Counted from the stretch's first letter, positions 9,782 through 20,375 are shown. The stretch is DNA of 64,000 nt from Candidatus Bathyarchaeia archaeon (GCA_035529595.1 DATKWK010000035.1:317904-381903); one strand, 5' to 3'. The notes: generated by a model from the sequence alone, not told the origin. Numbers and translations are program-made.

Positions 9782-10489
9782 TTATTCATGAATAACCACT
9801 TTTAAACCAGGGTTATCAGCTGTTGCCCGAACCAAACTCTGTCCTTTAGGCAAGACTGGAGAGGCCCAATAGAAAAGTTTTTCAGCATCAGGCGTGGCCA
9901 GATTGATACAACCATGACTCATGGGCTCACCGAAATTTTGATGCCAATAAGTACCGTGCATCCCGTAACCATTATAAAAATACATTACATAAGGGACATT
10001 CGGGAGATAATAATAGGTTCTCTTTTCTTTTGAACCACCGCTCATTTTTGTATATTTAAACTTTGACCAAATACGAAAAGTACCCACTGGCGTAAGTGCC
10101 CACTTGCCACTGGACATTAAGAAATTATAGACGATTCTCTCACCTTCATGCGCTAAAAGTCTTTGATCGCTTAAATCTATCTCAATCCAGCGTTCATCGG
10201 TGGTCGCCCCCAAAATGGCGCCTTCCGCTAATAGTAGATTTTCTGGCTTGGCCGGTCCTTCTTCAAAACCAAAATCAGTCGGCTGATTATTAAAATATGC
10301 AATATTATCATCTTCCTCAAAATCCCCGGTCCCTTGGCCATCAACTGAATAGCAACCGCAAGTTTCTTTATCATTAACAGCCCGAACCGAGATAAAAATA
10401 ATTGCCAATCCTAAAAGAAAAGCCAAAGGTATGAAGAATAAAAAAAACCTTCTTTTACCTGCTATTTTTTTATTATTTTTCAGGGTCAC
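9782..10489 (-). CDS. L,D-transpeptidase (YkuD family) with an N-terminal membrane anchor.
   Basis: N-terminal TM segment. Catalytic signature HGTYWHQNFGEPMSHGCINL (His...Ser-His-Gly-Cys) is typical of YkuD L,D-transpeptidases. Confidence 0.8.
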   Translation of the reverse strand: MTLKNNKKIAGKRRFFLFFIPLAFLLGLAIIFISVRAVNDKETCGCYSVDGQGTGDFEEDDNIAYFNNQPTDFGFEEGPAKPENLLLAEGAILGATTDERWIEIDLSDQRLLAHEGERIVYNFLMSSGKWALTPVGTFRIWSKFKYTKMSGGSKEKRTYYYLPNVPYVMYFYNGYGMHGTYWHQNFGEPMSHGCINLATPDAEKLFYWASPVLPKGQSLVRATADNPGLKVVIHE

Positions 10490-10538
10490 TGACCTATCTT
10501 AGCATATTTTAACTTGGACGAAAAACTGATCACATTCA

Positions 10539-13208
10539 TTATAAGACTAGCCTGACGTTAAACATCTCTCCTTCACGAGTAAATTCAAATCGCCTCTTTC
10601 TGAGAATGTAAGCCATAACCTGGTTGTCCTCTAAAAGGTAAGCGTAAAGCTTCCTAATCCGCCGCTGTCGGGCGATTTTTATGAGGTAATCGGTAAGCAT
10701 ACTTCCCAGGCCCTGTCCCTGCCAAGGATCACCAACAACAAGAGCAAATTCTGCATCCTTATTGTAAGGATCCGCAATCAGGCGGCCGACACCGACTAGT
10801 TTTTTTCCTTCGTGATTTTCGATTTCGGCAACAATGGCCACCTCTCGATCGTAATCAATGTGAGTATAGCGGGTCAGTCTTTCATGGGTCATTTCTTTGA
10901 TGATGCTAAAAAAACGGAATCTTTTAGTTTCATCCGAAAATGTCTGGAAGAGTTCTTTTTCTAAAGGTTCATCCTCAGGCTTTACCGCCCTTAAAAGAAC
11001 TCTCTGGCCACCTTTAAGATTTACCATTTTCTCATACTGCTTCGGGTAAGGAGAAATCGACAAGTGGTCATAGGGCTTGGTACCAACTTTGATAGCGGCT
11101 TGATCCAAAACGATTTCGGCATCCAGAACCACCCCCCCGATCTCATCAATAGCAAAAGGATTAATGTCAATTTCCTTGATTTCGGGAAAATCCATCACTA
11201 AATAAGCAAACTTATAAAGCAAATATGCAACTGAATCTAGATTAACTCCTTTTATCCCCCGGTAACCCCTAAGAAGATTGTAGATTTTGGTTCCCTCAAT
11301 AAGCCTGCGTGCCAACATCATATTTAAAGGAGGCAAACCGACATTGACGTCTTTAAAAACCTCCACCGCCACACCACCCATTCCGAATAAGATAACCGGA
11401 CCGAAAAGAGAATCTTTTTTACTGCCAACGAGCAATTCGTAACGTTTGCTAATCATTGCCTCGACTAATACTCCTTGAATCTCCGTATCGGGAAAACAAG
11501 ACCGGCAGTTATTAATCACTTCCAAGAAACCGGACTGTACCGCTTCAGATGAAATAAGATCCAGTTTCACTCCACCAATCTCAGTTTTGTGAACAATCGC
11601 TGGCGCAGAAATTTTAAGCGCTACCGGATAACCGATTTTTTTTGCCAGATTGACTGCTTCAGAAGCATTTCGAGCCAGACCACCGCGAGGAACAGGGATA
11701 CCATAGTTTGCTAAGACTCTTTTAGTTTCGTACTCAGCCAAAATAAATCTTTTTCCTGTAATTACCCGGCTTATTAGTTTTCGAGCCGATAAAGTATCAG
11801 GGCTAAATTCTTCGGGGATATTTGGCGGCGTTTGGTAAAGAAGCTTCAAATTGGCATAATAACTATACATATGGATAAAGGTCTCGACTGCTTGTTCAGG
11901 AAATGAAAAAACCGGAATTCCCCGACTCTGGAGAACCCTTATTCCCGCTGATACTTTGTCACCCCCCATCCATACGGCTAAGAATGTCTTCTGCTGCTCG
12001 TTTGGTAAGGCGGTAATGTTTTTGGCAATTTTGACCGGATTAGTCATTGCCTGGGGAGTCAAAATCACCAAGATTCCATCGACGTTATGGTCCTTTAAAC
12101 AACAATGGACTGCCTCCCGATACCGCACTTCATTAGCATCACCGAGCAAATCTATCGGATTTTTACAGCGACATGCCGAAGGAAGAGCCTTTTTCAATTC
12201 CTTGACGGTTGAGGCAGAAAGTTTAGCCAGACAACCCCCTCTCTCGACCAAGGTATCGGCAGCGATAACCGCCGCGCCTCCGGCATTAGTTACAATTGCC
12301 AACCGGTTACCCTCGGGCATTTTTTCCACTGCCAAAGCATTAGCGCAATTGAACAGTTCATCTAAACGATCCACTCTTAAAATTCCCGCCCGCTGAAAGG
12401 CAGCATCAAAAACGGTATCATCTCCGGCAAGGTTTCCCGTATGAGAAAGAGCCGCCTGGGCACCTTCCGGACTGATACCGGCCTTTAAAACTATAATCGG
12501 TTTGCTTGAGGCAAATGCCCGAGCCGCACTTAAAAACCGGCGGCTATTAGTTAACGATTCCATATAGAGAAGGATACTGGAAACCGTAGAATCATTGCCT
12601 AAATAATCAATAAGATCGGCGAAGTCAACGTCAATCATCTCGCCGATTGAGATAAAATAACTAAAACCAATCTTTTGTCTGATTGCCCAATCAAGGATAG
12701 CGGCACCTAGTGCCCCGCTTTGGGAAATAAAAGCGATTTTCCCCGGTGACGGATTTTGCGACGCAAAACTGGCATTTAGATCCATAGAAGGCCGGATGAA
12801 GCCCAGGCAGTTAGGACCAACTACCCGGATAGGATATTTTTGGACTATTTGACGTAATTGCCTATCGAGTTGCTTGCCTTTAATACCTGACTCTTTAAAC
12901 CCTGAGGAAGTAATGATAACTCCACCGGCTTTCGCCTTTCCGCATTGCTTCAATATCTCAGGAACCGTCTCGGCCGGAGTTGCGATAAGAACCAAATCTG
13001 TCATCTCGGGAAGCGACGAAACCGAAGGATAAGCTTTTAAACCGATAACCCGACTCCTTTTTTGATTAACCGGATAAACTTTACCTTTGAAACCAGCGTC
13101 AATAATATTTTTGATTAAGGCATAGCCGACCCGGTCCGGTTTGTTGCTGGCACCAACGACGGCAACGCTCCGGGGATTAAATAAACGATAAAGATTTTCT
13201 TCCCGCAC
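10539..13208 (-). CDS. Bifunctional acyl-CoA synthetase (NDP-forming) fused to a GNAT acetyltransferase; Pat/YfiQ-like protein acetyltransferase.
   Basis: N-terminal CoA-binding domain (RSVAVVGASNKPDRVGY), succinyl-CoA-synthetase-like and ATP-grasp segments, and a C-terminal GNAT motif (LVVGDPWQGQGLGSMLTDYLIKIARQRRIRKLYA). This is the same architecture as Pat/YfiQ. Confidence 0.75.
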   Translation of the reverse strand: MREENLYRLFNPRSVAVVGASNKPDRVGYALIKNIIDAGFKGKVYPVNQKRSRVIGLKAYPSVSSLPEMTDLVLIATPAETVPEILKQCGKAKAGGVIITSSGFKESGIKGKQLDRQLRQIVQKYPIRVVGPNCLGFIRPSMDLNASFASQNPSPGKIAFISQSGALGAAILDWAIRQKIGFSYFISIGEMIDVDFADLIDYLGNDSTVSSILLYMESLTNSRRFLSAARAFASSKPIIVLKAGISPEGAQAALSHTGNLAGDDTVFDAAFQRAGILRVDRLDELFNCANALAVEKMPEGNRLAIVTNAGGAAVIAADTLVERGGCLAKLSASTVKELKKALPSACRCKNPIDLLGDANEVRYREAVHCCLKDHNVDGILVILTPQAMTNPVKIAKNITALPNEQQKTFLAVWMGGDKVSAGIRVLQSRGIPVFSFPEQAVETFIHMYSYYANLKLLYQTPPNIPEEFSPDTLSARKLISRVITGKRFILAEYETKRVLANYGIPVPRGGLARNASEAVNLAKKIGYPVALKISAPAIVHKTEIGGVKLDLISSEAVQSGFLEVINNCRSCFPDTEIQGVLVEAMISKRYELLVGSKKDSLFGPVILFGMGGVAVEVFKDVNVGLPPLNMMLARRLIEGTKIYNLLRGYRGIKGVNLDSVAYLLYKFAYLVMDFPEIKEIDINPFAIDEIGGVVLDAEIVLDQAAIKVGTKPYDHLSISPYPKQYEKMVNLKGGQRVLLRAVKPEDEPLEKELFQTFSDETKRFRFFSIIKEMTHERLTRYTHIDYDREVAIVAEIENHEGKKLVGVGRLIADPYNKDAEFALVVGDPWQGQGLGSMLTDYLIKIARQRRIRKLYAYLLEDNQVMAYILRKRRFEFTREGEMFNVRLVL

Positions 13209-13235
13209 CGGTTTCCCTCCGTTTTTTATCTTAAA

Positions 13236-14531
13236 TTATTCACGGGTTTGCTCGCTAAAATACCAATCAGGGCTTGAAGCATTTCCGACAAGCTTTTCTT
13301 TAATTCCGGTCTCCAGATGAAATTTCCATAACTCGTTCTTGCCGGCATTATCTTCAACGCTTAAAATTAGCCAATTTCCATCTGTACACCAATAATCGGT
13401 CCGATTGATCTTCAAACCTGTTTTTATCTTCTGAATCTTTCCTTCAGCCAATCTGACAATGATAATATCCTCCTCTTTTCCAACTTTAACATTTATTAAA
13501 CGGCCTTTTTGGTCGTCCAGTTTGCTGCCTGATAAATTCAGGTTTTCCGGTACCGGTTTTATTTTTTGGATATTGTTGGTACCAATATCCATTTGCCAAA
13601 ATGAATCTTCGGTCCAGAAAAATACTTTTTTTCCGTCATCAAACGGGGTGAGTGAAGAGGTAAAACGAATATCTTTAGTTAAAAAAACCGGGTCTTTCTC
13701 ACCTAAATCGGCCAGTACTGCTGCAGAATTCTCAAGTATCGGTGGTTGATTGACATATTTTACGTATAAAAACTCGTTCTCAGTCAACCAAACGGGTTTT
13801 TCGGGCCATTTTCCGGGTGGGCCAGGATCTTCAAAAACTTGTTCACTACCATCGTCAATATCTATAACGACAATAACAACTTCACTATTTTTTAAACCAA
13901 AAAGGGCGATTTTTTTTGAATCCGGAGACCAGGAAATATCATTCGGAATAAGAATGGCCGTTGTTAAAAGTTCGCGATAACCTGATCCGTCAGCACGCAC
14001 CAGTCTGACCTGGTTTTTAACATCACCATAAAGCAAACAATTCCCTTGGATGATTTGTTTCTTCGTTTTTTCGTCTACCGATAGATAGGCAAGCCATCTT
14101 CCGTCGGGTGAGAAAGTCGGCCGATCATTAGTCCCTTCCGTGGTTAGTTTTTGTTCCCTCGAACCATCGGCGTTAATTATCCAAATATCCCGTTCACCGC
14201 GACAAATATCTCCCCTGACAAAAGTAATCTGACCCTCGATTTCCTCTACCGAAGAAACAACGGAAGGTAAATTAGTGGGAGAAAGAAGCACCCGGGTTTC
14301 CTGGACCGAAGGGGATGGAGATAATAAGTCCTTCCCGGAGATATTTTTTGCGTCATTGGAACCGTATTTGCGTGATCCGACAGCAAAAAAAACGGCAGTT
14401 GACAGAACAAAAAAAACGGCCAAAATTAAAAACAAACTTTTATGCTTATCAAGCTTGCTGAATGACGGACTAGAGGAGGCAACGACGATTGGTTTCTGCT
14501 CTACAAGCTCTTTTTGATTTTGATTTTCCAT
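13236..14531 (-). CDS. TolB-like beta-propeller protein with an N-terminal TM anchor.
   Basis: TM helix LFLILAVFFVLSTAVFFAV. Repeated TolB-type blades (DGSREQKLTTEGTNDRPTFSPDGRWLAYLS; SWSPDSKKIALFG). Confidence 0.7.
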   Translation of the reverse strand: MENQNQKELVEQKPIVVASSSPSFSKLDKHKSLFLILAVFFVLSTAVFFAVGSRKYGSNDAKNISGKDLLSPSPSVQETRVLLSPTNLPSVVSSVEEIEGQITFVRGDICRGERDIWIINADGSREQKLTTEGTNDRPTFSPDGRWLAYLSVDEKTKKQIIQGNCLLYGDVKNQVRLVRADGSGYRELLTTAILIPNDISWSPDSKKIALFGLKNSEVVIVVIDIDDGSEQVFEDPGPPGKWPEKPVWLTENEFLYVKYVNQPPILENSAAVLADLGEKDPVFLTKDIRFTSSLTPFDDGKKVFFWTEDSFWQMDIGTNNIQKIKPVPENLNLSGSKLDDQKGRLINVKVGKEEDIIIVRLAEGKIQKIKTGLKINRTDYWCTDGNWLILSVEDNAGKNELWKFHLETGIKEKLVGNASSPDWYFSEQTRE

Positions 14532-14676
14532 TTCTCTATTTTTTCAGTATAGCATAGAGAACTTAAACCGGCCGAAAGGCGAAAGATTTATCAAGAGCAA
14601 AATAATCAGGTAGACTATTCCCCATACTCTTCACCAACAAATACTGTTTGAGACTGTTGAATATCGTTTTCCGGTT

Positions 14677-14768
14677 TGTCATCCTGAGCGCAGCCGAAGG
14701 ATCTAGCGTTAGCGCAAATACGGTCCGGTTTAATCGGACCTAGATTCTTCACTTCGTTCAGAATAACA
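14677..14768. repeat. Imperfect palindromic element of about 92 bp (family B-pal, copy 1).
   Basis: tgtcatcctgagcgcagccgaaggatctagcg ... ggtccgg/ccggacc centre ... ctagattcttcacttcgttcagaataaca. The arms are imperfect reverse complements. The left arm matches the reverse complement of the right arm of the 38484-38580 element (aaggaatctagcgtaagcgc). Confidence 0.6.
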
Positions 14769-14800
14769 CGGAGTTATTCAACACTCTCACCGTTTACTTA

Positions 14801-14829
14801 TTGACATAATTCAGTAAAACACTAATATT
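14801..14829 (+). promoter_or_regulatory. Candidate sigma70-type promoter for the 14876 gene.
   Basis: TTGACA (14801-14806), 17-nt spacer, TAATAT (14824-14829), about 46 nt upstream of the ATG. Confidence 0.35.
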
Positions 14830-14875
14830 ACTTTATTGATCTTAATTCATAAAGATTTTTTAATTTATCAAATCA

Positions 14876-16402
14876 ATGGCAATTAAAGGGATACCAGAAG
14901 AATCTAAAAAAGAAGATAAACCTCCGGACAGCGGCTCTGAAAAAAAGAATAATAAAACTTTAGACTTCTCGCAAAAGGAGCCTTTTTTAATGCCGGCAAA
15001 CTTCCAAGTAATATCCACAAACGAACTAAACGGTAATAAAAAAAGTGATTTGGTCGTTTATGTGTATAACATAGTCGAAGATGAGTGGTCTTTTTTCAAT
15101 GCCATTTCTGATCTCCGGGAAAGGAAAGAACAGATCGAACGTTGCGAAAGTTACACTGATTGTTTTTTCTTGCGGATGGCTGCCCAGGGAAATTTTGTCT
15201 ATCTTTCTCCTCAAAACATCAGTGCTGATTTCCAGAATTATATCCGGTCTCTTCTCAAATGCAAAGATAGTGAAGTAATTGTTCCCCAAATGAAATCCCA
15301 CCAAATTTGTTTGGATTTTATCAAAGACAAAAAGGCTTTTGGTTTATTTGTTAAAAAAGCCGAAAACTACAAACGGGTAGTTCTTCTAAGTTATGTGGCT
15401 TCTCCCCAGTTTTACCTATTAAAAGAAGCTCTGGTAAGGAAAGGAATCGAAGTTTATACCCCCGAGGCGCCGGAGTTAGATTGCGCTTGGACGGTCAATT
15501 TTTTCGGCAGTAAATCCGGCATCCGCCAACTGGCTCAACAAAGCGTTGCTGCCGAGCCGGATTTTATGATGCCTGACGGCGTCATCTGCGTCGGTAAATT
15601 TGACGCTGCCAAAATTGCCGCCAATAAATACATCAAGCAAAAAGGAGTAGTGGTTAAAACTAACAAAGGCAGTGGCGGAAACGGTGTTTTGATCTTCCGG
15701 GAAAACGATCTGCCTTTTAATTACCTGGAATGCGAGAAGAAAATCAGGGAATATTTAAACCGCGATATCTACTGGGAAAAGTTTCCCATAATCATCGAGG
15801 ACCTGATTAATATCAATTATGCTGTCGGTGGCGGTTTTCCCAATGTCGAGTTCAAAATCCACAAAAACGGCCGGATCGAAATGGTTTTTTACTGTGCCTG
15901 TATGGTAACCGACAAGGGCGCCTATTACGGCTTGGATATTAATGACGAAATCATCAATGACCGAATCGCGACGCGGATTGTGGATACCGGTTATTATATT
16001 GCCGAGCAATACAGCAGCGCCGGCTATCGCGGACATTTTGATGTTGATATGATGGCCGCCAAAAATAACCATATTTACGTTTGTGAGTCAAATACCCGTA
16101 ATACCGGCGGCACCGATATTTATTATCTGGCCAGCAAGCTGGCCGGCAAGGACTTTATGTCCGATGTGTACGTGATCAGCCGTAGCCATTTCCGTTTGTC
16201 GGCCAAAAAAATCTATACTTTTAACCAGATAATTGGACGGTTGGAAACTTTACTTTATTCGTATTCAACCGGAGAAGGGGTGATTGTTAATTCGGAAAAT
16301 ATTCTCAAGGAAAAAGAACTTATCTATACTATTATCGGCCGAGACAAGAAAAGGGCTTATGAGATCGAGGCCAAGATGAGGGAAGCTTTGGCGGTATCCT
16401 GA
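14876..16402 (+). CDS. Hypothetical protein, possibly ATP-grasp-like.
   Basis: 508 aa. Gly-rich VVKTNKGSGGNGVLIF resembles an ATP-grasp nucleotide-binding loop. No other diagnostic motif recognised. Confidence 0.5.
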   Translation: MAIKGIPEESKKEDKPPDSGSEKKNNKTLDFSQKEPFLMPANFQVISTNELNGNKKSDLVVYVYNIVEDEWSFFNAISDLRERKEQIERCESYTDCFFLRMAAQGNFVYLSPQNISADFQNYIRSLLKCKDSEVIVPQMKSHQICLDFIKDKKAFGLFVKKAENYKRVVLLSYVASPQFYLLKEALVRKGIEVYTPEAPELDCAWTVNFFGSKSGIRQLAQQSVAAEPDFMMPDGVICVGKFDAAKIAANKYIKQKGVVVKTNKGSGGNGVLIFRENDLPFNYLECEKKIREYLNRDIYWEKFPIIIEDLININYAVGGGFPNVEFKIHKNGRIEMVFYCACMVTDKGAYYGLDINDEIINDRIATRIVDTGYYIAEQYSSAGYRGHFDVDMMAAKNNHIYVCESNTRNTGGTDIYYLASKLAGKDFMSDVYVISRSHFRLSAKKIYTFNQIIGRLETLLYSYSTGEGVIVNSENILKEKELIYTIIGRDKKRAYEIEAKMREALAVS

Positions 16403-16466
16403 AAACGAAGCAGGCTCCCTGAATAGTCCTCTATTAGAAAGATTGATAACCCGATAAAGGTAATTT

Positions 16467-16922
16467 TCATTTACTTTTTAAGTATTCGGTAATCGTCGGT
16501 GTAAATTGGGGATAACTGTCAATAATCATCCCATGCAAATCAGATATCGCAAACCACCTATAATTAATATGTTCTTGATTATTAACCTTCAGGTCGATTA
16601 AACTTCTGACACAAACTTCAAAAAAAACACAATATTTTGTTTGGTATGGGTCTTTCACTAAAGCAACTGCTACCGGAGAAAATCCAGTTGTTTCTAAACT
16701 AGTTTCTTCTTTAACCTCCCTAATAAACGCTTTTTCCCAATCCTCTCCCTGATTTAATCGGCCCCCTGGGAGAGACCAAAGCTTCGATCTAACTCTCTGG
16801 AGGAGTAAGATTTCCTTCTTCGGATTAAGAATCAAAGCATATTGACCGATGGTTGCCAAAAGGTGATTATTTGTCATTTTATTCCTTATAGCTCTCCGAC
16901 TGAATCCTAAATAGTCTAGCAT
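16467..16922 (-). CDS. NUDIX hydrolase.
   Basis: Perfect Nudix box GGRLNQGEDWEKAFIREVKEETSL (Gx5Ex7REUxEExGU). Confidence 0.85.
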   Translation of the reverse strand: MLDYLGFSRRAIRNKMTNNHLLATIGQYALILNPKKEILLLQRVRSKLWSLPGGRLNQGEDWEKAFIREVKEETSLETTGFSPVAVALVKDPYQTKYCVFFEVCVRSLIDLKVNNQEHINYRWFAISDLHGMIIDSYPQFTPTITEYLKSK

Positions 16923-18681
16923 ATAAACCGTTTTTCTCCATCAGCTCTTTGTGGTTACCTTCTTCAATTACCCGACCGGACTCAAGGACAATAATCCGAT
17001 CCGCTCGTTTAACGGTTGAAAAACGATGAGAAATCAAAAACATCACCCGATTTTTTACGACTCTCACAAGTTTATTAAATACTTCCTCCTCGCTTTCCGG
17101 ATCCATGTTACTGGTCGGTTCATCCAGAATAATCATCTTCGATTTTCTAAATAAAGCCCTTGCTAAAGCAACTTTCTGCCACTGGCCAATCGAAAGATCG
17201 ACTCCTCCCTCAAGCTCTCTGATTAAGGAAGTATCATAGCCTTGCGGTAAACAGGAAAGGTATTTATCTATTCCGGTCAATCTGGCCGCTTTTCTGATAG
17301 CTTTCCTTTTACTAATCCTATCTATATCCCCATAACCGATACTCTCCCAAGCAGAAATACCATAGGTTTCAAAGTCCTGAAAAAGCGCACTGATTAACCG
17401 CCAGTAGGAATAAATATTGAACTTTTCTATATTGATGCCATTAACCAGAATTTGTCCCGATCTGGGAATATAGAAACGGCAAAGAAGTTTCACTAAAGTA
17501 GTCTTACCGGCGCCGTTATGGCCGACGATAGCAATGTTCTCATTGGGATTAACTTTAAAGGAGACATTCTCTAAAACCAATTTCTTAACATTTGGGTATT
17601 GAAAAGAAACATTCTTAAACTCGATTGAATTGATCTTATCAATTAAGGCTTTTTTTCCCCGAGAAGCTTCACCTTGATGATTTAAAACACTAATCAATTT
17701 ATCAATATACACCGAAGATTCTTGCAGTTGTCCCCCCCGATCGATCGCATCTTTCGAGTAATCAACAAATCTTAAACAAGTACTTAAAGCTAATTGCCAA
17801 TCACCAATGGTAAATAGCCCCTTAATTATTCGCCGCAAGAGTAAATAACTGATTGAAAAAACCCCGACCATCGGTAGAACAGCATTAGCTAGTCTCAGTT
17901 TTAAAAGTTCGTGTTCGGTTTTTTCAAACATCCCTATAGTGATCTCCTGAATCTTTTCCAACTGCTTCTTTACCAGAGTTTTTATTCCTAATATTCTTCC
18001 CTCACAACTCCCCCGGCCACTCTCTAAATAGTTAAGATAAATATCTCGTTTCCGACTAAACTTGGCTGAGTTTGAGGCCACGGTTAATGATTTCTTCACA
18101 GCCGGCTTAAGGCCAAGCAAGCGGGGAAAAAGAGTCAACAAAAGAATCAACCAGTAAAAGGGATTGAATTTAATAATCACGGCCGAGGCGATTATCCAAG
18201 AAATTACTGCGGCAATTAAACCGACAGCTTGATCAACGATAGGAGAAATCCTGAACCTGCTTTCTCTCTTTACCAAAACGTATTCATCTTTAAACTGGGA
18301 ATCTTCAACTACCGTTATCGGCAATGAAGCATGTTTATAAGCCAAGTCGATTTCGATGGTGGAAGGCAACTTTTCTCTTAAAATTCTGGTTAAGATTAAG
18401 TGGTGACGAAAAGCAAATTGATCCCAGGAATCAACCAAAAAGTGCAGTAATAAAATTATTGCCACGTATCTGGTTACCAAGGGAACCCCTAAGCTATTAA
18501 TCCTTGTAAGAGCATCAATAATTAATTTGATAAAGTAGGCATTAATAAGAGGATGGATATTCAAATAGATATTATAGAAGGATATTAGCCAGATTTGACC
18601 GCCGACGACTTTCTGGCTATAAGTCCAACAGAACCGGATTACTCGGAAAAGAGATTTTATAAACTGGGCAGTTTTCCTCAT
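16879..18681 (-). CDS. ABC exporter with fused TMD-NBD (MsbA/lipid-multidrug type).
   Basis: N-terminal six-TM domain. Walker A GHNGAGKTTL, signature LSIGQWQKVALARAL, Walker B MIILDEPTSNMD, H-loop ISHR. Overlaps the Nudix gene by 44 nt. Confidence 0.85.
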   Translation of the reverse strand: MRKTAQFIKSLFRVIRFCWTYSQKVVGGQIWLISFYNIYLNIHPLINAYFIKLIIDALTRINSLGVPLVTRYVAIILLLHFLVDSWDQFAFRHHLILTRILREKLPSTIEIDLAYKHASLPITVVEDSQFKDEYVLVKRESRFRISPIVDQAVGLIAAVISWIIASAVIIKFNPFYWLILLLTLFPRLLGLKPAVKKSLTVASNSAKFSRKRDIYLNYLESGRGSCEGRILGIKTLVKKQLEKIQEITIGMFEKTEHELLKLRLANAVLPMVGVFSISYLLLRRIIKGLFTIGDWQLALSTCLRFVDYSKDAIDRGGQLQESSVYIDKLISVLNHQGEASRGKKALIDKINSIEFKNVSFQYPNVKKLVLENVSFKVNPNENIAIVGHNGAGKTTLVKLLCRFYIPRSGQILVNGINIEKFNIYSYWRLISALFQDFETYGISAWESIGYGDIDRISKRKAIRKAARLTGIDKYLSCLPQGYDTSLIRELEGGVDLSIGQWQKVALARALFRKSKMIILDEPTSNMDPESEEEVFNKLVRVVKNRVMFLISHRFSTVKRADRIIVLESGRVIEEGNHKELMEKNGLYARLFRIQSESYKE

Positions 18682-18851
18682 CTGTCATCATTTTACCAGA
18701 AGTTTGTCATTTAGGAAAAGCCAAAATTTATTCTCAAGTTATTCGAGAAAGTGAAATCCGCAGACCACCAAAAGGGAGTGGATTTATCAAAGAATCTGAG
18801 TAGTTACATAATTTTTTCCAGATAGGTATTTTTTTAACATTTTATGATAAG

Positions 18852-19886
18852 ATGTCTAGTATGGGAAAATTACTTATCGCTTTTTTATTCAATGTTCGGC
18901 ATCGTTATCATGACCCGCATGACCCCCGGTTCGAGCTGGAAGTTGATTTTGATGATCCGAAGACAATCAAGGCTATTGAAGATAATTTACAGCAAGCCGG
19001 TTATCAGGTTTTACCCATAGAAGCTAATCGGCAGGCTTATGCAATTCTCAAAAAAAATCGCCGAAGAATCGATCTGGTTTTTAATTACGCGGAAGGTATC
19101 TACGGCCACGACCGCGAAGCTCAACTGCCGGCGATACTTGAGATGCTACAAATTTCTTACACCGGTTCCGGACCCCTGACCCAATGTCTGTGCCTCAATA
19201 AGGCCAAAGCTAAAGAGGTTTTACTGATAAATCAAGTACCGGTTTTACCAAGCCAACTTTTTGAAACGAGCAAAGATAAATTACCAAGAAAGCTGCAGTT
19301 TCCTCTACTGGTTAAACCCTTATCCCAAGGATCTTCGGCCGGAATTACCCAACAAAGCATTGTTAACAACTACGACCAATTAAGAGCCCAGGTAAAAAAG
19401 ATTATCCGTACTTTTAAACAGCCGGCTTTGGTAGAACCGTTTCTTAAAGGCAGGGAGTTTTCTATCGGCATGTGGGGCAATCCGCCGAAACTGCTGCCGA
19501 TCATTGAACCTGATTTTACTAAATTACCCAAGAATTATTTACCCTTGGATTCTTTGGAAGTAAAATGGATTTATGAAGAGGAGGGAAAAGAGAACCATTT
19601 ACAATGTCCGGCCAAAGTCAGCCGTCAATTAAGCCAACTTCTCGAAAAAATTTGTCTTAAAACTTGGGAAGCCTTGGAAATTCAGGATTGGTGCCGGGTA
19701 GATTTACGTTGCGATGAAGCCAACCGGCCATATGTCTTGGAAGTCAACTCGCCGGCGGGGCTGATTCCACCGGAGTTGTCACAAGCCTCTTATTTTCCCC
19801 TGGCAGCACGGGCGGCTGGTATCAAATATCAAGAATTGCTGAAGAAAATCGTCAATACCGCACTAAGAAGATACGGAAAAATCTGA
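18852..19886 (+). CDS. ddl: D-alanine--D-alanine ligase.
   Basis: ATP-grasp with Ddl-typical segments LVKPLSQGSSAGI and LEVNSPAGL (EVNTxPG-like). Length of about 340 aa fits. Confidence 0.8.
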   Translation: MSSMGKLLIAFLFNVRHRYHDPHDPRFELEVDFDDPKTIKAIEDNLQQAGYQVLPIEANRQAYAILKKNRRRIDLVFNYAEGIYGHDREAQLPAILEMLQISYTGSGPLTQCLCLNKAKAKEVLLINQVPVLPSQLFETSKDKLPRKLQFPLLVKPLSQGSSAGITQQSIVNNYDQLRAQVKKIIRTFKQPALVEPFLKGREFSIGMWGNPPKLLPIIEPDFTKLPKNYLPLDSLEVKWIYEEEGKENHLQCPAKVSRQLSQLLEKICLKTWEALEIQDWCRVDLRCDEANRPYVLEVNSPAGLIPPELSQASYFPLAARAAGIKYQELLKKIVNTALRRYGKI

Positions 19887-19919
19887 AACGTTCAAGATAT
19901 GGATAGTAGATTTGCATAA

Positions 19920-20375
19920 TCAATCCTGCTTTTTGATTTTTTCAAGATCATCGACAATTAACCAAGCAGCCATCGCTCCAAAACCGGTCTTATTAATCTC
20001 AAACGGTTTGACCTTCTGAACATTGCCAAAAAAAACCAAAATACAATAGTTCTTGTCATTAAAATAGTCTTGTAAATCTGCCGGTAGATCTTTAGTTACT
20101 CCTAAATCACTTTCACCATACTCATCAAGAATTTCTTTAGTTTTTTGGGGAGTTAAATTCTCAAACTGGAGGACTTTAATCACTTCTGCCTTAACGGTCA
20201 CCGGTTCGCCCGAATCTTTAAAGTAAATCGTATCGCCTGGAAAGATCCGGTCCCAAGGCCTGTATCGGTTCTTATACCAACGGGATTCAACTGCTTTTTC
20301 ACCAGTTAAAATCTTTTGGATTAATCCCCAAGATTTTCTCATTATCGCGATGTGGATTCTTTTCTCCCGGGTCAT
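19920..20375 (-). CDS. ASCH (PUA-like) domain protein.
   Basis: 151 aa. Core beta-barrel pattern IHIAIMRKSWGLIQKILTGEKAVESRW. Weak assignment. Confidence 0.5.
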   Translation of the reverse strand: MTREKRIHIAIMRKSWGLIQKILTGEKAVESRWYKNRYRPWDRIFPGDTIYFKDSGEPVTVKAEVIKVLQFENLTPQKTKEILDEYGESDLGVTKDLPADLQDYFNDKNYCILVFFGNVQKVKPFEINKTGFGAMAAWLIVDDLEKIKKQD

